From positions 96,968,001-97,032,000 of the forward strand of contig JANJGN010000007.1 in assembly GCA_026770705.1 (NCBI GenBank): a stretch of DNA of 64,000 nucleotides. The letters run 5' to 3'. The DNA is from Isurus oxyrinchus (taxonomy: Eukaryota). A program made the translations under genes and the position numbers. Below are positions 50,400 to 62,620 of the stretch, piece by piece. Below the pieces are notes generated by a model. That model saw nothing but the letters and a program-made list of their open reading frames with translations, did not search any database and had not been told where the DNA came from. Numbering within the stretch: position 1 is the stretch's first letter; each line of letters starts with the position of its first letter.

Positions 50400-52500
50400 C
50401 TTACATTTTAACACTGCGCATATTTTAGAGGATGGATTCAAGGCTTGATTTTCAATTGGTCAACAGGAGGCAAGACAAGGGGAGAGGATAGCAACCGCAC
50501 AAGCATTCCAGAGAATATTGCTGACAGTGCACTATTCAATAGGTTAGGCGACACAAATAGGCCTGCACTTGCGCACAAATAAATGTTCGGTGCATTTAGA
50601 AGTATGAGGGAACGCGTTTGCTCTATGTCAAGAAGCCTTAAAGACTCCAGCACCGACTTCGCACAATATGTTACTCAGAACTCAGAATATATACTTTCCA
50701 GGATATCAATGGTGGCAAAACCAATGGTATTCTCGTGAACCCGGTTAAGACGGCGTGTCTGATGGTCATTGTCTCAGCTTGCATTGCCAAGGAAGTCACT
50801 TTCACCAAAAGGTTAAGTTTTTCGGTTACAGATCAGACTGGCCTCAGGAAAGGCTGGTTTCACGGTACTACGATCCTTGCTACGAATATCTGTGTGCATA
50901 GAAGCGTTCATCGTATCATTGCAGTCCACCAAGCCCTGTGCCTCTGCCAGATTTCGTGCTATATCTTGTCAGCCAGAAATACCAAACTAGTCAAGCACAT
51001 GTTTAGCTGCCACAGCCTGAAGCAGCATATTCAAGGCCCAGAACTGTTCCATGTGTCCACCCTGTCTCTGTGCAGTCTTTCCACTTAAAATCAGCGACTT
51101 CCAGATGACAGAACTCGCGTCGATGAGATAGAACTGCGTAGGCGAAATAGCATTGCAATAAAAATTAAAAATATGGTACTGTGAAAACATGATGGGTGCA
51201 AGTTTGGTGAAGATGCTTCATTTCTAAATTTGAAGTAGAATGTTTTTTTTATGTGGTGCCTTTCATTTTTGCACCATGCCATTGTGTCTTTTGTCAGAGT
51301 CACTGGCAGAGAAAAAAGCAATCACTATGACATCATTGGCGAACGGGGAATTTCGCTTATAATTCATGCTATCACAGCTAAATGAGAATTGCTGTGCTGC
51401 CTGGAAGAAAGAAACCTCTCAGTTTCTGCCTGCGTAATAACTCCTGTCAAAACCGCTCCACATATTTTTCTCCTTCCTCATTTGCAGGCTGATCGTCCTC
51501 AGCATCTCACACTGGTGGCTGATGTCAAGAAATGCCCCCTCATGATGGCCACTTTGCGCAGCTTAACACCGTGAATATTGAACATGCCGCATCAAATTTT
51601 AGATCAGTATAGGCAGTGAAGTTGTTGGTCCAGCAGGTCACTGATCTGATCTGTTGCATCAATTGAAGCAGAAAGCCCCAGTAGGAAAATTGATTCCCTG
51701 ACACTAGTGACATATGTGGCCTGATTTGGAGAAGTCTACTCCCTCCTTAAAATCCCTAATACCCTAATTTCTCCAGCATATTTGTTTTACCTTGCTACTG
51801 ATCATTCTTCAGCACATACACTACTTCATTTGGAGGGGCTGCTGTTTCAGTTACGGTTGCTGCAACTAAGTGGTGCGGAGGCCCTTAAATGCACAGTAGC
51901 AAATTTAAAAATTCCATTCACAAAATGAAACATTGGAAGTATAAAAACATGTTTAGAGTTCTAACAACAACTAGATGGAAAAAATCAATTGCCGCTGATC
52001 TGGGAATGGCTCATACACCATCCAAATGCAGATGTACGTGGTTAAAAAAAGTGTAGGCTGTTGTCACATGCAATATTGGGGCTCCGGGCACTTATAGTAA
52101 ACAAAGGAGGGTGCTGCGAACTTTAGTTCCTCACCCAGCAAAGCCCAGAGACGATTTTGCAACCAGATTGGATGAACAGTCACTCCATGTTCCATCTACT
52201 CTCGCAGGTCACACAGCCACTCTAGAGGATAATCCATTTCAGAAATATCTCTTGTAACCGAAAGTTGCACCTGATGAAAACTAAGCTGAGAGCAATAATT
52301 ATACGGAAAGGTCAAAGCATCTCCTGGACTATGGCCCTTCTATAGTTCATTGCTGAAAAACGATTTGCATTAAATGTAATGGCTGCACAGGAATACGTCA
52401 TTCTTTGACCTGTTTCCCGACAATTGCCACCCTGTGCTGTTCTGTGCAGAATGCCTCTTCACGCTCCACCCCGCCTCGTCACCACCACCCACCCTCATTG
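50400..52500. mobile_element. PIF/Harbinger DNA transposon relic (accessory Myb-protein-like ORF on +, DDE transposase on -)
   Basis: Minus strand 51535-51655: DQISDLLDQQLHCLY*S...KLRKVAIMRGH (cf. EQTIGLLKQRFRCLDRS...MLHNLAIMRG). Plus strand 50585-50790: MRERVCSMSRSLKDSSTDFAQ resembles the C-terminus of the accessory protein. Confidence 0.6.
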
Positions 52501-52610
52501 CCTCTTATCTTTGTTATATGTTGCATGGAGCCTGCGCAGAAAATGGCATTCTTCTATGCAGCCACCATTCTGTGACAATTGACATGCAGTCATCTTGTCC
52601 AGCAAGACTT

Positions 52611-53093
52611 TGTTGTGGTAGCTTTGACAAATAGACCACAGGACGCTCAGGTATAGACCACAATCATTTATTCAAGCAATTGCAGGGAGAGACCCATCTT
52701 AATGCAGCTTGAGATAGCACTCTATCAAACTAAAAGCATACAGATTATTTTATGCACTACTGATCACGTACAAGACCAATGTTCAAATTCCAATCTTGTC
52801 AGCATATAGGTTACGTCATACATATTATTTCATGCCAGCACAGACTTCTCTGACTATCCAGGTTGGGGACATCTGTCCTTTCCTTATCTCAACAGAGCAT
52901 ACTTAGTCTCTGTCGTTGTCACCCTCTGATTCCAGTCCGGCTCCCAAGACCTTTCTGTTTTTTGCAGGCCGTAAGGATGTGCAAAGTTCTTCTCGCAACC
53001 TTTTGCTCTTAATATGCTTGATAGCACTGGCATCCTGGTGATTTTATGTATTTGCATCTTTTTTTATAAATGTTTACTGTATTTCCACGAGGA
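52611..53093 (-). repeat. 3' LTR of ERV2
   Basis: On the minus strand it ends ...TACCACAACA, carries AATAAA (~52667-52672) and is preceded by PPT AAAAGGGAGGAC (53094-53105). Confidence 0.9.
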
Positions 53094-53249
53094 GTCCTCC
53101 CTTTTGGCCCTTGGCCTAGCCCACGTTAGCTTACTGCAATGATACTGTCTGTTCCTTTACATACTGCCACTCATTGATACTGACCAGGCATCCAGCTTTG
53201 ACATGTAAAACGCTACTGGTCAGATCATCTGTATCATCTGGACCTCAGT

Positions 53250-54680
53250 TCAGCCTTCGGGCTTTGTAAACCTCTTCTCCACCCGTTAAAACCCCCAGCG
53301 CCACCTGTTTTGCGACCTTCGGGTACAAGTAATTAGTTTTATTAAATATATAACTAGTATCAGCTGAATCACAGCCAGCACATTGGAAATTATTGGAATC
53401 CACGGATGTATTTGTAGGTTTGAGCCCCAATTCCACAGAGCCCCCATCTTGTGGAGGGATGTATTTGCTCAATATACTCTTTCAAGTCTCTAAACTGTTG
53501 TTGCAGTTTACAGAAAGATCTATACATCTGCTCAACCTGTGCCCGAACTGTATTTATTTGCTCTGATTAGGGGTACGTCCGATAGCTCCCGTTCTGGATC
53601 TTTTGCTGCCATGCGGTAACACATGATCTGCCATTCCTCATACATGCAACGTGAATCGGTTCTTTTGCAGCCCTGATAGTTTTTATTGTACAAGTTGATG
53701 CTGCTTTAAACCCGCACCTAATTTCCTCCATCGCATATGTTGGATGTGCGCATACTACTGCAGTAGGCTCCACACCACACCCTTCTCATGTGTTGCTAAC
53801 TCTCTACCCTTCTATGTCTACTGCATATGGTGGAATGTCATGGTACTTAATATAGTCATCACGCTGTATCACCACAATATTTTCTACCCCATAAAATTCT
53901 AACGGATGTTGAGATACCTATTAGTGGCTTCACTAAGAAAATGCCTATGAACATATATTTCTTCACTATTCATGCGACATTTATTCTACATACACGTGTC
54001 AAATCTCCGAGCTGGCAACCAGTCAAGTCATGATCCTTACTTCAGGCAAGTTTAAAGAAATGCTCATTTGTTACGCATAAAGGAACTACCCCTTCATTAA
54101 TCTTTCTTAATTCTCTTTAGCATGTTCTAGTGCCCAAGTTCCACAAGTGTTACAGATATAATTTCTGCTGCTTCAACTGAAATATGTTCTTCCTATCCCA
54201 ATCAGCATATTGATGCTCCCCAAATAACCTTCCATCACGGTAGCCAGGTATTTATTTAACCAAATCGTGCCCTTTTCTGTTTTTAATTGGGTGTTGTGAA
54301 TTCCCTGTACCCGTTCGAAAATTTCCTGATCCTTGGAGCTCAAGGTCCGGAACTTCTGGTCAACAGTAGCCCGGTCAATAGAATTAACCATTGATATACC
54401 TGTAGGTATCATATCCCCAGCATTCCCGCACCCAATTTGAAGCAAACCCTTGCTACAATTCAAAATCACTTTTTATTCTACTGTTACATTTAGCATTCCC
54501 CGTTGTTCGGCACTGTCCGTGCTGTACCAAAGTTTCTCTGTGGTGCAGAGGGAGGCGTGCTAATCCCTGGACTCGCTGCCAATATCACCATGCCCTCGAG
54601 CTTTGACGTTGTGATCAGCATTCTGACAATATAAGCAGATAACCATCCCAGTCATAACCAGTAATTTCTTGAGGTTAGTT
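53250..54680 (-). pseudogene. env: env pseudogene (ERV2)
   Basis: TGISMVNSIDRATVDQKFRTLSSKDQEIF..QGIHNTQLKT and LWNWGSNLQIHPWIPIISNVLAVIQLILVIYLIK align with ERV1 env. Acceptor ctctccatag| at 54690-54681. Confidence 0.8.
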
Positions 54681-55029
54681 CTATGGAGAGAATCCATTTA
54701 AAAAACCCTTACCTTGTGAAGACTGCTTTCAGCGCCCATTTCCCCTAAAGTCCATGCATGCACATGTGTCGCTGGTCATGTTTACTGCAAATGATCCTAC
54801 CCACTTTTGTGCAAACCCCATTCGTTTTGGGTTGATCTTAACCATCACATTGGTCTGCGCCTGTGGGATGTGTTATTGTCTTTCGTATATATGTGTTTCC
54901 ATGTCCTTAATCATCTGTTGGTCCCTGACTTCCTTCCTTAACTCTTGCAATTGTTTACTCTTTCACTGACATAGCATCGCACCCTTCCTCTTAATTTTCT
55001 ACATCGCCCACTCCTACTATGATTCTCTT

Positions 55030-55340
55030 GGCTAACTGCATTGCTGCTCTTGTCATTCGTTGAAATGCAGTGAATGGGGCGTTTCAGCTTGTGGTAGCCC
55101 TAAGGCCTTCGGAATATTGCGCAATCACAGTTTGCCGAGCTGTTCCCTGTCTTTTGAATTACTTTAACTGCTAATTTCATTTTTAAAGTTCGGTTCTTCG
55201 TTTCCAACATCCCCAAGCAGTGTGGATGGTAGGGAATGAGGAGTTTCTGCTAATCCCCTTAAACTTAAACATTTCTATAATGACTGTTCCTTTGAATTGA
55301 GTTCCATGTTTTGAATCCAAATTGGTACTCCCCCCCAAGC
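55030..55340 (-). pseudogene. pol: Retroviral integrase core, C-terminal half (ERV2)
   Basis: GVP..LDSKHGTQFKG..IPYHPHCLGMLETKNRTLK. Confidence 0.8.
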
Positions 55341-58112
55341 CCCCAACTTATTCCAGTCTACTACCTCCTGCTGCTGCTGTCCCACGTCGGATCTAAACTC
55401 CTTAAACTGCCTACGCAAATCTACACTACAGCTCCTTATCTTATTTTTCGAAAGCTCGATACCATCACTTCCAGTAGCGGTTCTCGCTCGGAGCTGCTTA
55501 ACTCTGCCTTTTGTCATGATGTTCTTCCTGTGGTTTTACATTGTTTTAGATTGGAGGCACATTAATGTAATTATTAATGCATCTGATTAGCCTTTTTTCC
55601 AGCTTTCTATACACATGTATTCATCTTCTGGTGAATTATTGTTAAATATTAGTTCCCTTACGTTCAAATGCCACAGTTACAGATTCCACAGAGTTTTGAC
55701 TCAAAGTTGTTTTTTTTTTTCCTGACCAGAATCATCCTAAAATTCTCTTCAGGTCAGTTTTTCTATTGTCGTGATGGCTTAAAATGTTTCCTTAATCTTG
55801 AGGCTACATTAGCTATTCCATGTCAATGGGGATCCCTGTCTCTAGATATTTGCTTATCTCCTCATGTGAAGTTCCAATGTCTCAGATGATGGCCAGTTTA
55901 TCAAATTCAGTTCTGTTCCCAGCGTGGGTGCTGACTGTGACCTAGAGAGATCAGGAGAGTGAGAATAGGATAGGGCGGGGAGGGGGAAGAACGTGAAGGA
56001 GTGTGGGGGTTAGAGAGAGGGTGGTAAGGAGAGATCAATATGCTGGTAGATTAGTAACTAAATTAACAGGTTAAAGCACTCAATGGAATAATTTTGCAGG
56101 CCTTGATGCAAGTAATCACAGTCATGTCTCTGCCACCCCTCCCCAAGAATATTTCTGATTTTCTTTTTCGCGTTTGTGCATTTTGTCCTCTTTCCGAAGC
56201 TCTTTCTTTTACTTTCCTCATGCCATTTTACACATGCAACAGCTACCATCTTATCTTGTTCAGCTTGTCTCGAGAGTTTTTACAGTCCAACAAAGTATTC
56301 TCATGACAATCTTAAGACAAAATACAGAATTGACATGTTATGCTTCATTACTTTCTTGTCAAACAACATCGTATTGCCTCAAAAGTAACCCACTACATTT
56401 TAGAATGATCTCAGATTCATTAACTCGGCCAAAAATTGGGTTTGTGCCAAACTTTGTCTAGGTCTTCAGCTTAACTTCATATTTTGGGAACACACTTACA
56501 AATATAAATGCTTGCAACATTTAAATTAGTGCCAGTTGTCAAAAAACATTTAAATGAAAATTTCCTTTTGACAACTTTATCAGGAAACAAACCTCACATT
56601 TTTAAATTTGTAAGAACTGTAATTTAAGTATCAAAATTGGAACAACGTTTTACTCATTTGTATTGATTTGTATCCAGATTAAATGCCCGGTATGCTTATC
56701 GACACATTCTTAACCTTGAATTGCATCCTAGTTATTTAAAAATGCCCTTCTAAATTACACTGCACATTACATCTCAATGTTGTCTCAAATTCAAATGACA
56801 GTGCTGTTGGGATGCAGATTTCATTTCGTATTTCATTCTACCATTCAAACGCACCTCCATTTTACCCACTGGAACCACATAGGCCGTGTGTTTCTGTCTT
56901 TTGGTTTTCCTAGAATCGTTTTGAGTGTCAGCGTTTTTTTCTCACAATATTAGAGTACAAACTCCTATGAGATAATTTAACTCGAATGTAGCAATCCCAT
57001 GGATAGCTTGGATGCTGGTGATACTACGATGCACGGGGTTGGTGCAATGGTTCGTTCATCTAACACTGTTTTAGATTTCCAATACCATCAAATTGCGATT
57101 TCTGCCCGATATTTCAACCCAAACCGTTTACTCAGTGCTTCTGAATGTTTGAGTGTACATTGCGTTTAAAATAAAATAGGACTGTCGACTCGAAGTACAC
57201 ACACAAATTACAATTTAAGGAAGAAAACACTTTCACATCTTGCACACAAGCAAACACATATATAAGCGTCTGCATTTATATACCTATAACATAAACTTAA
57301 GGACTTAGAGCTCTCATACTCAAACCGAAATTTCAAGTAGCAGTTGTGGGGAGGGGAGTGGGGGGAGGGGGGGGTCGTATTGGAGGATTCAAGGGTTCTT
57401 GGAAGCTGTACCAAAGGGGCCAATGAAGCTGACTGAAGGTCACATTTCCTCTGCTCGTGTATGTCATTGCTGATTGACCCCCTAGGGGTACCTCCTTCTC
57501 TCTTTTTTTTCTCTCTCTCTTCAGCAGGAACAACGCTTGTAATTTAGATCAATTCAGTTTATTAAGTTACAAAAAAATCAATAGGAGACCTATTGTGTCC
57601 GAATCATCCTTCCACATTTTCCTGATTAATTTTGATCGTTCTTCCTCCATGAACCTCATAGTTGGATCCGCAGCACCCCATTCGATTTCGATAACAATTT
57701 ACTGTTCTCCTGACCGCATTCTATTCATCTATTCCTACCTCTTTCTGAGCAGTTAATTGGCATGACTCAGAGACATTTGTCACTTGCAATTTGTCCAGTC
57801 TACTTATTGCACGAGGGATCTAGCCTCCCTGTAGGGCTTCGGCTATGTTTTTGATTACTACCGTAACCCGTCAGCACGGTTCTGCCCCCTATCTTTGTAG
57901 TTGTCCGGCCTCCCTGCGCGGCTTTGGCACCCCTAGCCCACCAGCGTGGCTCCGCCTCATACCATGGCGCCTGATGTCCTGATTACCCCCCCTCGCCGAT
58001 TCTTTTGATACTCGAACAGACATTCTCGGCGAGGCATACCGCATTAACTACAGTTGGAAAATAAAACATACTCACCCAATTTGCAGAGCTGTCCCGAAGA
58101 TCTGATCCAAGT

Positions 58113-58130
58113 ATCCTAACGAATGCGCCA
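58113..58130 (-). promoter_or_regulatory. Primer binding site, tRNA-Ser-like
   Basis: TGGCGCATTCGTTAGGAT lies 3 nt inside the 5' LTR end and matches 14/18 to the complement of the tRNA-Ser 3' end (TGGCGTAGTCGGCAGGAT, recalled from memory). Splice donor GGTGAGTAT follows at 58076-58068. Confidence 0.65.
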
Positions 58131-58133
58131 AAC

Positions 58134-58614
58134 AGTTGTGGAATCTTTTATAACCGTACCTCAGGAGGCTCAGATACTTGTCATGATCGTTTATTCGATC
58201 AATTGCAAGGTGAGAGCAATCTCAAGCAACTTGAGATAGCAGTATGCCAAATTACAAGCATACAGCTTTTTGTATAGAATATTGATCACGTACAAGAACA
58301 ATGTTCAAATTGCAATCTTGAAGGCACATAGGTTACATCATACCTGCTCGTTCACGCTGGCAGAGACCTCTCCCTCTTTCTAGACTGGGGCCATCCGTCC
58401 TTTCCTTATCTGTTGAAGAGCACACTTCATTTATGTCGTTGTCATCCTCTGGCTCCAAATGTTTCCAAGGCATTCCTGTTGGGTGCAGGCCCTGCGGTTG
58501 TACAATGTTCATCTGGTAACATTTAACTGTTAATGTGCTTGATAGCACTGGCTGGCTCGAGATTTTAAGTAATTAATTCCCTTTCAATACATTTTTAAGA
58601 TATATCCCCTAACA
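58134..58614 (-). repeat. 5' LTR of ERV2
   Basis: On the minus strand it starts TGTTAGGGG and ends CCACAACT, with AATAAA at ~58190-58196. Homologous to 52611-53093. Confidence 0.9.
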
Positions 58615-59364
58615 ATTTTCTTTTAGGCAAACTTGTATTTTGACTAAAAATCGGGACGCCTTGCTTCTGCCCCTGCCGTTGAAATCATCTCCGGCCCATT
58701 ACAGTGTGCAAGAGGCTGAACCCGCCGCATCCAAAGCGTTTCAATGTTTTATTTTTCAAGTTATTAACACACAAATAACCCAGTATTAATAAAGTATGGG
58801 AAAACTTGGCCTTGACTTTGATATTTTGGAAGCAGAAACCCTGGATTATTGAGCAAGTGCCTATTTTACCAATCATAAAATACTAATATACCGCAGCAGC
58901 CTGACGAGAAACCTTGTAGGCTGCAACGGTTTCTGTTTGGTTTGCAGCAGTCTCTGGTGTTAACCGGAGACCTGGGGCATGGCAATCAACATCTGGATCG
59001 TAGTGTTTTAAATTTTTCACAGTTTCCTACATTCCGACATGAAATCTGCCTTTTACCTCATCGGAAATGAGCTACGGCAATTAGCGATTTTGTTTTATTT
59101 ATTTATTCTTTTGTCACGCTTCGCACAATTGAAGGCTAAGTCTCCAGTGGGCGTTGAAAAGAAGCCGTGACAAAATGAGCACAGGCTCGAATTAGCAATT
59201 CTCGCTATTTCCCGTTGATTTTAATGGGCAAGTATCAAAGAAATTCAGTGAAATTCAATGCTTATAAAACTGAAATCCCGAGTTCCACAACAAAATAGGA
59301 ACTTCTCATTACAGCTTTCCTAAGGGAAGGAGGTCCCGGTACATGTTTACCCACCTGCTCTTTG

Positions 59365-59370
59365 TATAAA
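59365..59370 (+). promoter_or_regulatory. TATA-like box about 200 bp upstream of the IgSF leader ATG
   Basis: TATAAA with nearby GGAA (ETS-like) motifs. Supported by position only. Confidence 0.3.
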
Positions 59371-59567
59371 CTGTAACTGCTGTCTCTTCTGCGAATGCCC
59401 AACTCTTTTAGTAGACCTCATCAAGGTGAAAAAGTAAAGGCGTGTTCTCACCACATCGACCGGATATTACACCGCATTGTGACGTATTCGACAAGCCTGC
59501 TCATCAGATTCTTCTAAGGCACCAGCCAGTTTGTGCTCTGTTGCTCTGGCTGATCGGCTCGTTCAGA

Positions 59568-59622
59568 ATGTTATGGTGCTTTGGATTTCAGTGCCTCTCT
59601 GTGTTGATGCTCATTTTCACAG
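59568..59622 (+). CDS. Signal-peptide (leader) exon of an IgSF V-C1-C1 receptor-like gene
   Basis: ATG TTA TGG...: MLWCFGFQCLSVLMLIFT(G)|gtacc. The 55-nt exon has a phase-1 donor compatible with the next exon. Confidence 0.8.
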
Positions 59623-59788
59623 GTACCTATTCCTTTTACAGGTTGATTTCTCACTAAATCGCACATTTATATAATTTTCATCAATTCATCATGTTTTGTT
59701 GTCTTTCGGACGGATTAAGGGACTCACGTAACCTTTCGGTTTTTCTGCTGTAATTTTATCTCACACAATCGGATTTGATTTTCTGAAG

Positions 59789-60106
59789 GCTCCGGTCAGA
59801 ATTCGGTGACTGTAATACAGATTCCTGAGAACATGAACCGAAGAATGGGTAGGAACGCTACATTTGGTTGCTCTCTTCCTTTCATTGAAAACGGTGCAAT
59901 TCTTTATGGACGCTGGTGGAAAGAGGGTGAAAATCAATATTTACGCCCGGAGCAAGATTTCAGAATAATAACTTTCCCCAGCGTATCCGGCGGCATCCTT
60001 CATATAATCAATGCAAGTTTGCAGGACGTAGGTATATATGATTGTACTATGACCAATCGAGGCACATTTGTTGGAAACGCAACGGGGTCCAATTTATCTG
60101 TATCGG
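59789..60106 (+). CDS. Intact IgSF V-set exon with a germline J-like G strand (SIRP/NKp30-like architecture)
   Basis: tttctgaag|(G)SGQNSVTVIQIPENMNRRMGRNATFGCSLPF..YGRWWKEGE..LHIINASLQDVGIYDCTM..FVGNATGSNLSVS(G)|gtagg. B-strand Cys, C-strand Trp and DxGxYxC are present; phase 1-1; no stops. Confidence 0.88.
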
Positions 60107-60221
60107 GTAGGTTTGGAAAAAAAAGAGAGAAGGAGTTGTCGGTAACTAGTAATTCGCACTTTGAAGCTTTTCTCGTTTGTGCTTCGAAAGGTGTGCATTG
60201 CAACAGAAGGTATTTTTATTT

Positions 60222-60360
60222 TTAGTCATCCATAGGATGTTAGCAGACGAACATGTGTTTCCCATCCGTAATTATGCTTGAACGGAATGTCTTGATCGAT
60301 CAGTTCCAAGAGCAGTTAAGAGTCACCCACATTGCATTTGGACTTGAAGTCACATAATTG
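60222..60360 (-). mobile_element. tRNA-SINE family 3' part in the V-C1 intron
   Basis: CATAGGATG..CCCATCCGTAATT..GAGCAGTTAAGAGTCACCCACATTGC. Confidence 0.6.
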
Positions 60361-61205
60361 CAAACGAAGTCGCGCCGACTATGCAGTGTCCATTGTTTTA
60401 TGCGCATGTAATCAAATTGCGACTTGGATCTCCATACTTAATATTCTATTACCTGTCACATCATCTCAGCAATATTTATCACGATAAGCATTATCTGTGA
60501 GCAGTCTAATCGAAATTACAGAGTTATCATGTTGTGCAGTACCATAAAATGTTGCGCATATATTTACTTTATTGATTACGAGTAAAGATTCTGCCAGTCT
60601 GCACACTGATTTGAACACATTTGTTGGTTTATTTTATTACTTTGGGTAGCGAATTATAAACGTTCCTTCTAGGATTCTGATTTGCGCATCTGCAACTTAA
60701 TAAGTTTTGTGTAAGGTCTTTGAAGGTCCGTATTACTAACAAACAATGCCTGCTTAATCACGAATCCTATATGTTCATTTGATCTCCAATAAGTAAGGGA
60801 GCATGTTGAATATTGATGTCACTTTCAATTCACCGTTTCGAAAAGGAGGAGGTAGGCAATCGGACACCAGTTTATAACCCTCCCTATATTATTTCCGAGG
60901 CGAACAACAAAAGTGCTGTCCTGATAACGGACGGCCCATTTACTAGCACCTGTCGTTAGTCAGTTGATTACTTCAAATTGCCCTCAATTTACTTTTATAA
61001 AGATTGGCTCTAATTAATATTTATAAGGATATTACTTTGAATTTAGGTACCGAAAGCGTGCAGAAAAGATCTTTGCTTAAAGCCCGCCACCGGTATCAGT
61101 CCCCAATGACTCACTGTGATTAACAATGGCCTGGAATAAAACGTTGGGCTGTTAAACTTGTCCAATGCATAAATGAAGATTTTTTCTTCCCTTTCATTTT
61201 CCTAG

Positions 61206-61510
61206 ATCCACCAACTCCACTGAAAATTAACTCTCAGCAACTTCTAAAAAATCAGCTGCATCTCTTTCTCTTCAATATAGAACATCTCTCTATTTCCCCA
61301 AGGACATCAGTTTCACTTGGTCCAAGTATCAAAACTACAGCAGGGGTACATACCACAATTAAACCTAATTTCGATGGACTATATCAAGCTTAAAGCTGGT
61401 TACAGGAGACGCAGGCTATCCAGACAAGCACTATTTATACCTGCCGGTAGCTCACAGTACCCTCCAAAATTCAGCATCGGTCAATAACGTTGTCATCTAT
61501 CCTAACAATG
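61206..61510 (+). pseudogene. IgSF C1-set exon 1, disabled
   Basis: tttcctag|DPPTPLKINSQ..YFPKDISFTWSK..DGLYQA*SWLQETQ..IYTC.VAHSTL. Frameshifts, an in-frame TAA, loss of the B-strand Cys and an apparently mutated donor. Confidence 0.85.
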
Positions 61511-62620
61511 TTAACAATTTTCGTAGGGGAATAATATTTGAAAATACATCTGATCTGTTATGCCAGTACGGGTTCTTTGGAGTTTGTGTTTAACTTAGCT
61601 TCACGACGTAGGCATTTTACTTATAGTTCTGTAAATTAGTTCTCTTCAACTACACATTCAACGGCCTTTGTTGAAATGTTCTATGTGAACTGCTCCAACA
61701 ACTTTCTGGATCTTCCCAACACACAATGAAAAAATACTTCTCAAATTCCCTGTTATTTCTGTTATTGCCCAATTATTTCAACTATGTGACTGCCGGTTGT
61801 ACATTTACACTGCTTCCTCTCAAAGCCCTTCTTTTTCGTAGCCTTAATACTTTCTGTTGTAACGTGAATATCCCAGATTCTGCAATCACTCTAAACAGCA
61901 GGAGGCGTTCATTGCCCTAAGCATCATTAATACATTCACAACGGTCTTGACATCCCTGGTGAACTCTCTTCCCAACTTGGTGATAGTAGTGGAGCTGATA
62001 ACTTTCCAGTGACTTATAAAGTTTAGCATCACGCCCGTGTTTTTTTAAATTTAATGTCGCTATCTGAAAAGTAAATTAATTGCAGGAGCATCCGTAATCT
62101 GATTATGATCTTTCCCTGCCACGTTCAAATGCTGCTGAATGTGAACCTTGATATTCGACTGCTTTTGCCTCAAACTATTTTTTTTAGATTCTACTACCCC
62201 TCCATGTTTTCTCAGACGATGACCACATACATTAAGTTGCACCGACATTCTGCCTGACCATTTCGTCAGTCTATGTCATTATGATGGTTTGCAATGTCTT
62301 TCAAACTCCGAACTAAGTCGCCATCACAGCATTTTCTATGATCCACAAAATTCTGCTCGATATGTTCCAGTCCAACAGCTTTACATGTACCAAGCAAAAC
62401 GTTGGTACTCATAATTATATAGGAGAGACACGATATAAATTTGACCTTTCGAAATATACTGCTCAGTTTTCAGCTACTGGTAGAGCACAGTGAAAATCAC
62501 TGCACAAAATGAACCTCCCTCACCGTCACCATATCGTCAAGTTAGGAATGAACTGAATCACAAGACAGAGTTGCTAACGTTATCTTATCTCCAAGAAACA
62601 TTCATTTCCTGTGCTCCGAG

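Larger units (their letters stand above)
52611..58614 (-). mobile_element. Endogenous retrovirus copy 2 (LTR-PBS-internal-partial integrase-env-PPT-LTR), about 6 kb, no recognisable RT
   Basis: Two homologous ~480-bp LTRs, a PBS, a PPT, and integrase and env remnants in the expected order. Confidence 0.9.

Noticed and set aside
52605-58620. Target site duplication for ERV2
   Set aside because: Flanks ACTT and ATTT match only imperfectly, so no TSD is claimed.
59806-60225. 139-aa ORF taken as a complete single-exon gene
   Set aside because: It starts at GTG inside a splice-bounded V exon. The real start is the leader exon at 59568, and the portion after 60106 is intron unless retained.
62486-62513. 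CACAGTG heptamer as an RSS (also at 18381)
   Set aside because: Poor nonamer at 12/23 spacing and no adjacent V/J segment; the 18381 copy is part of the C1 SHSAL codons.
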